Shown in pieces: positions 30,701 through 31,339 of a stretch of 31,339 nt of DNA. The stretch lies in NCBI GenBank assembly GCA_027622665.1, contig JAQBYT010000044.1, positions 1 through 31,339 on the forward strand. The letters run 5' to 3'. Position 1 is the first letter of the stretch, and each line of letters begins with the position of its first letter. The notes under the pieces were generated by a model. The model saw only the letters and a program-made list of their open reading frames with translations, made no database searches and had not been told where the DNA came from. This stretch comes from Verrucomicrobiota bacterium (GTDB lineage: Bacteria; Verrucomicrobiota; Verrucomicrobiia; Opitutales; Seribacteraceae). Made by a program: the position numbers and the translations under genes.

Positions 30701-30900
30701 ATGGAAAGTCATTAAGTAATAGCCGCCCTGCAGCACAGGGCCGAAGAGGTATGCGAACATTTGTTGCCGGACGGTCGTGTGAAGAACGGCCAATATAAGA
30801 TCGGTCGGATCTCGGGCGAGAAGGGTGATTCTCTGGTGATCGGTCTTGCGGCGAAGATCTGATCGGATACAGGGCAAACTTTTCTATTGTGGGGGATATG
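30701..30900 (+). pseudogene. Phage primase(-helicase) N-terminal fragment, disrupted
   Basis: AAGGA then ATG at 30701; reads MESH*VIAALQHRAEEVCEHLLPDGRVKNGQYKIGRISGEKGDSLVIGL. In-frame TAA at 30713-30715, stop at 30860-30862, possible frameshifted continuation GEDLIGYRANFSIVGD. Confidence 0.6.
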
Positions 30901-31339
30901 TCCTTATTCACTTGCTTGATTTTTATGTTGTGCAATTATTGTGTTAGTTGAAATATTTAACTCCCTCTTACGCTCCATCCCTTTTTAGCAAACCCACAAC
31001 TCCTTTGGTATGAAACCATTTCCCATCCGCCTCCTTCCGCTCCTCGCGTGTTGGGTGTTTGGGTCGGAGACAACGACGACATCCCGGTCAAGACCAACCC
31101 GGACGGTCAGGTAGCCGTTATCCGGATACCGAACCCAAGAACCATATACCTGAGCAACACCTTTAAGTTCTAGGGAAACCTCAGTTGAGTTTCAGTAAAC
31201 GGCCCGGAAGCAATTCCGGGCAAAACCCCCACCTCTGCGGCTTCGCCGCTGAAAAGCAAATTCCTATCAGCAAAAAAGTCTCAGCCTTGTGGATTCCTTT
31301 CCAATGTGCACCGTTCATACAGAGAAAACTCGGTCCTTA

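Noticed and set aside
30248..30935. Minus-strand ORFs 30248..30877 and 30438..30935 as real genes
   Set aside because: Their composition is not protein-like, and the plus-strand frames show recognisable phage-like motifs and gene order.

Overview
Bacterial chromosomal window. The gene types and weak Shine-Dalgarno use tentatively suggest Verrucomicrobiota/Opitutales; this is inference only. The left end (1-1250) is the most unusual part. It holds a REP/RPE-like palindromic element, then a degenerate 21-bp-periodic array of about 9 units, then a small alpha-helical protein gene whose frame runs through its own terminator. Next come a tightly coupled five-gene operon (DUF1015, hypothetical, GT28-like glycosyltransferase, SCP2-like protein, class III aminotransferase) and a partial pseudaminic acid locus (Maf/DUF115, pseB, pseI). 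These are followed by a stand-alone sigma70 region 4 protein, a MOSC protein, dprA and a sugar-acid cluster (Zn dehydrogenase, GntP permease, Tat-exported TIM barrel). The right half carries a TPP-riboswitch-led thiamine operon (thiC-thiS-thiE-like-thiE-thiG-thiH-thiF/moeB-thiD), an EI24/CysZ-like gene, topoisomerase IV-type parE-parC, a polyprenol-kinase-like gene and a YdjM-like hydrolase. A decayed phage replication module sits at the right end. All family calls are from motif recognition; no searches were run.
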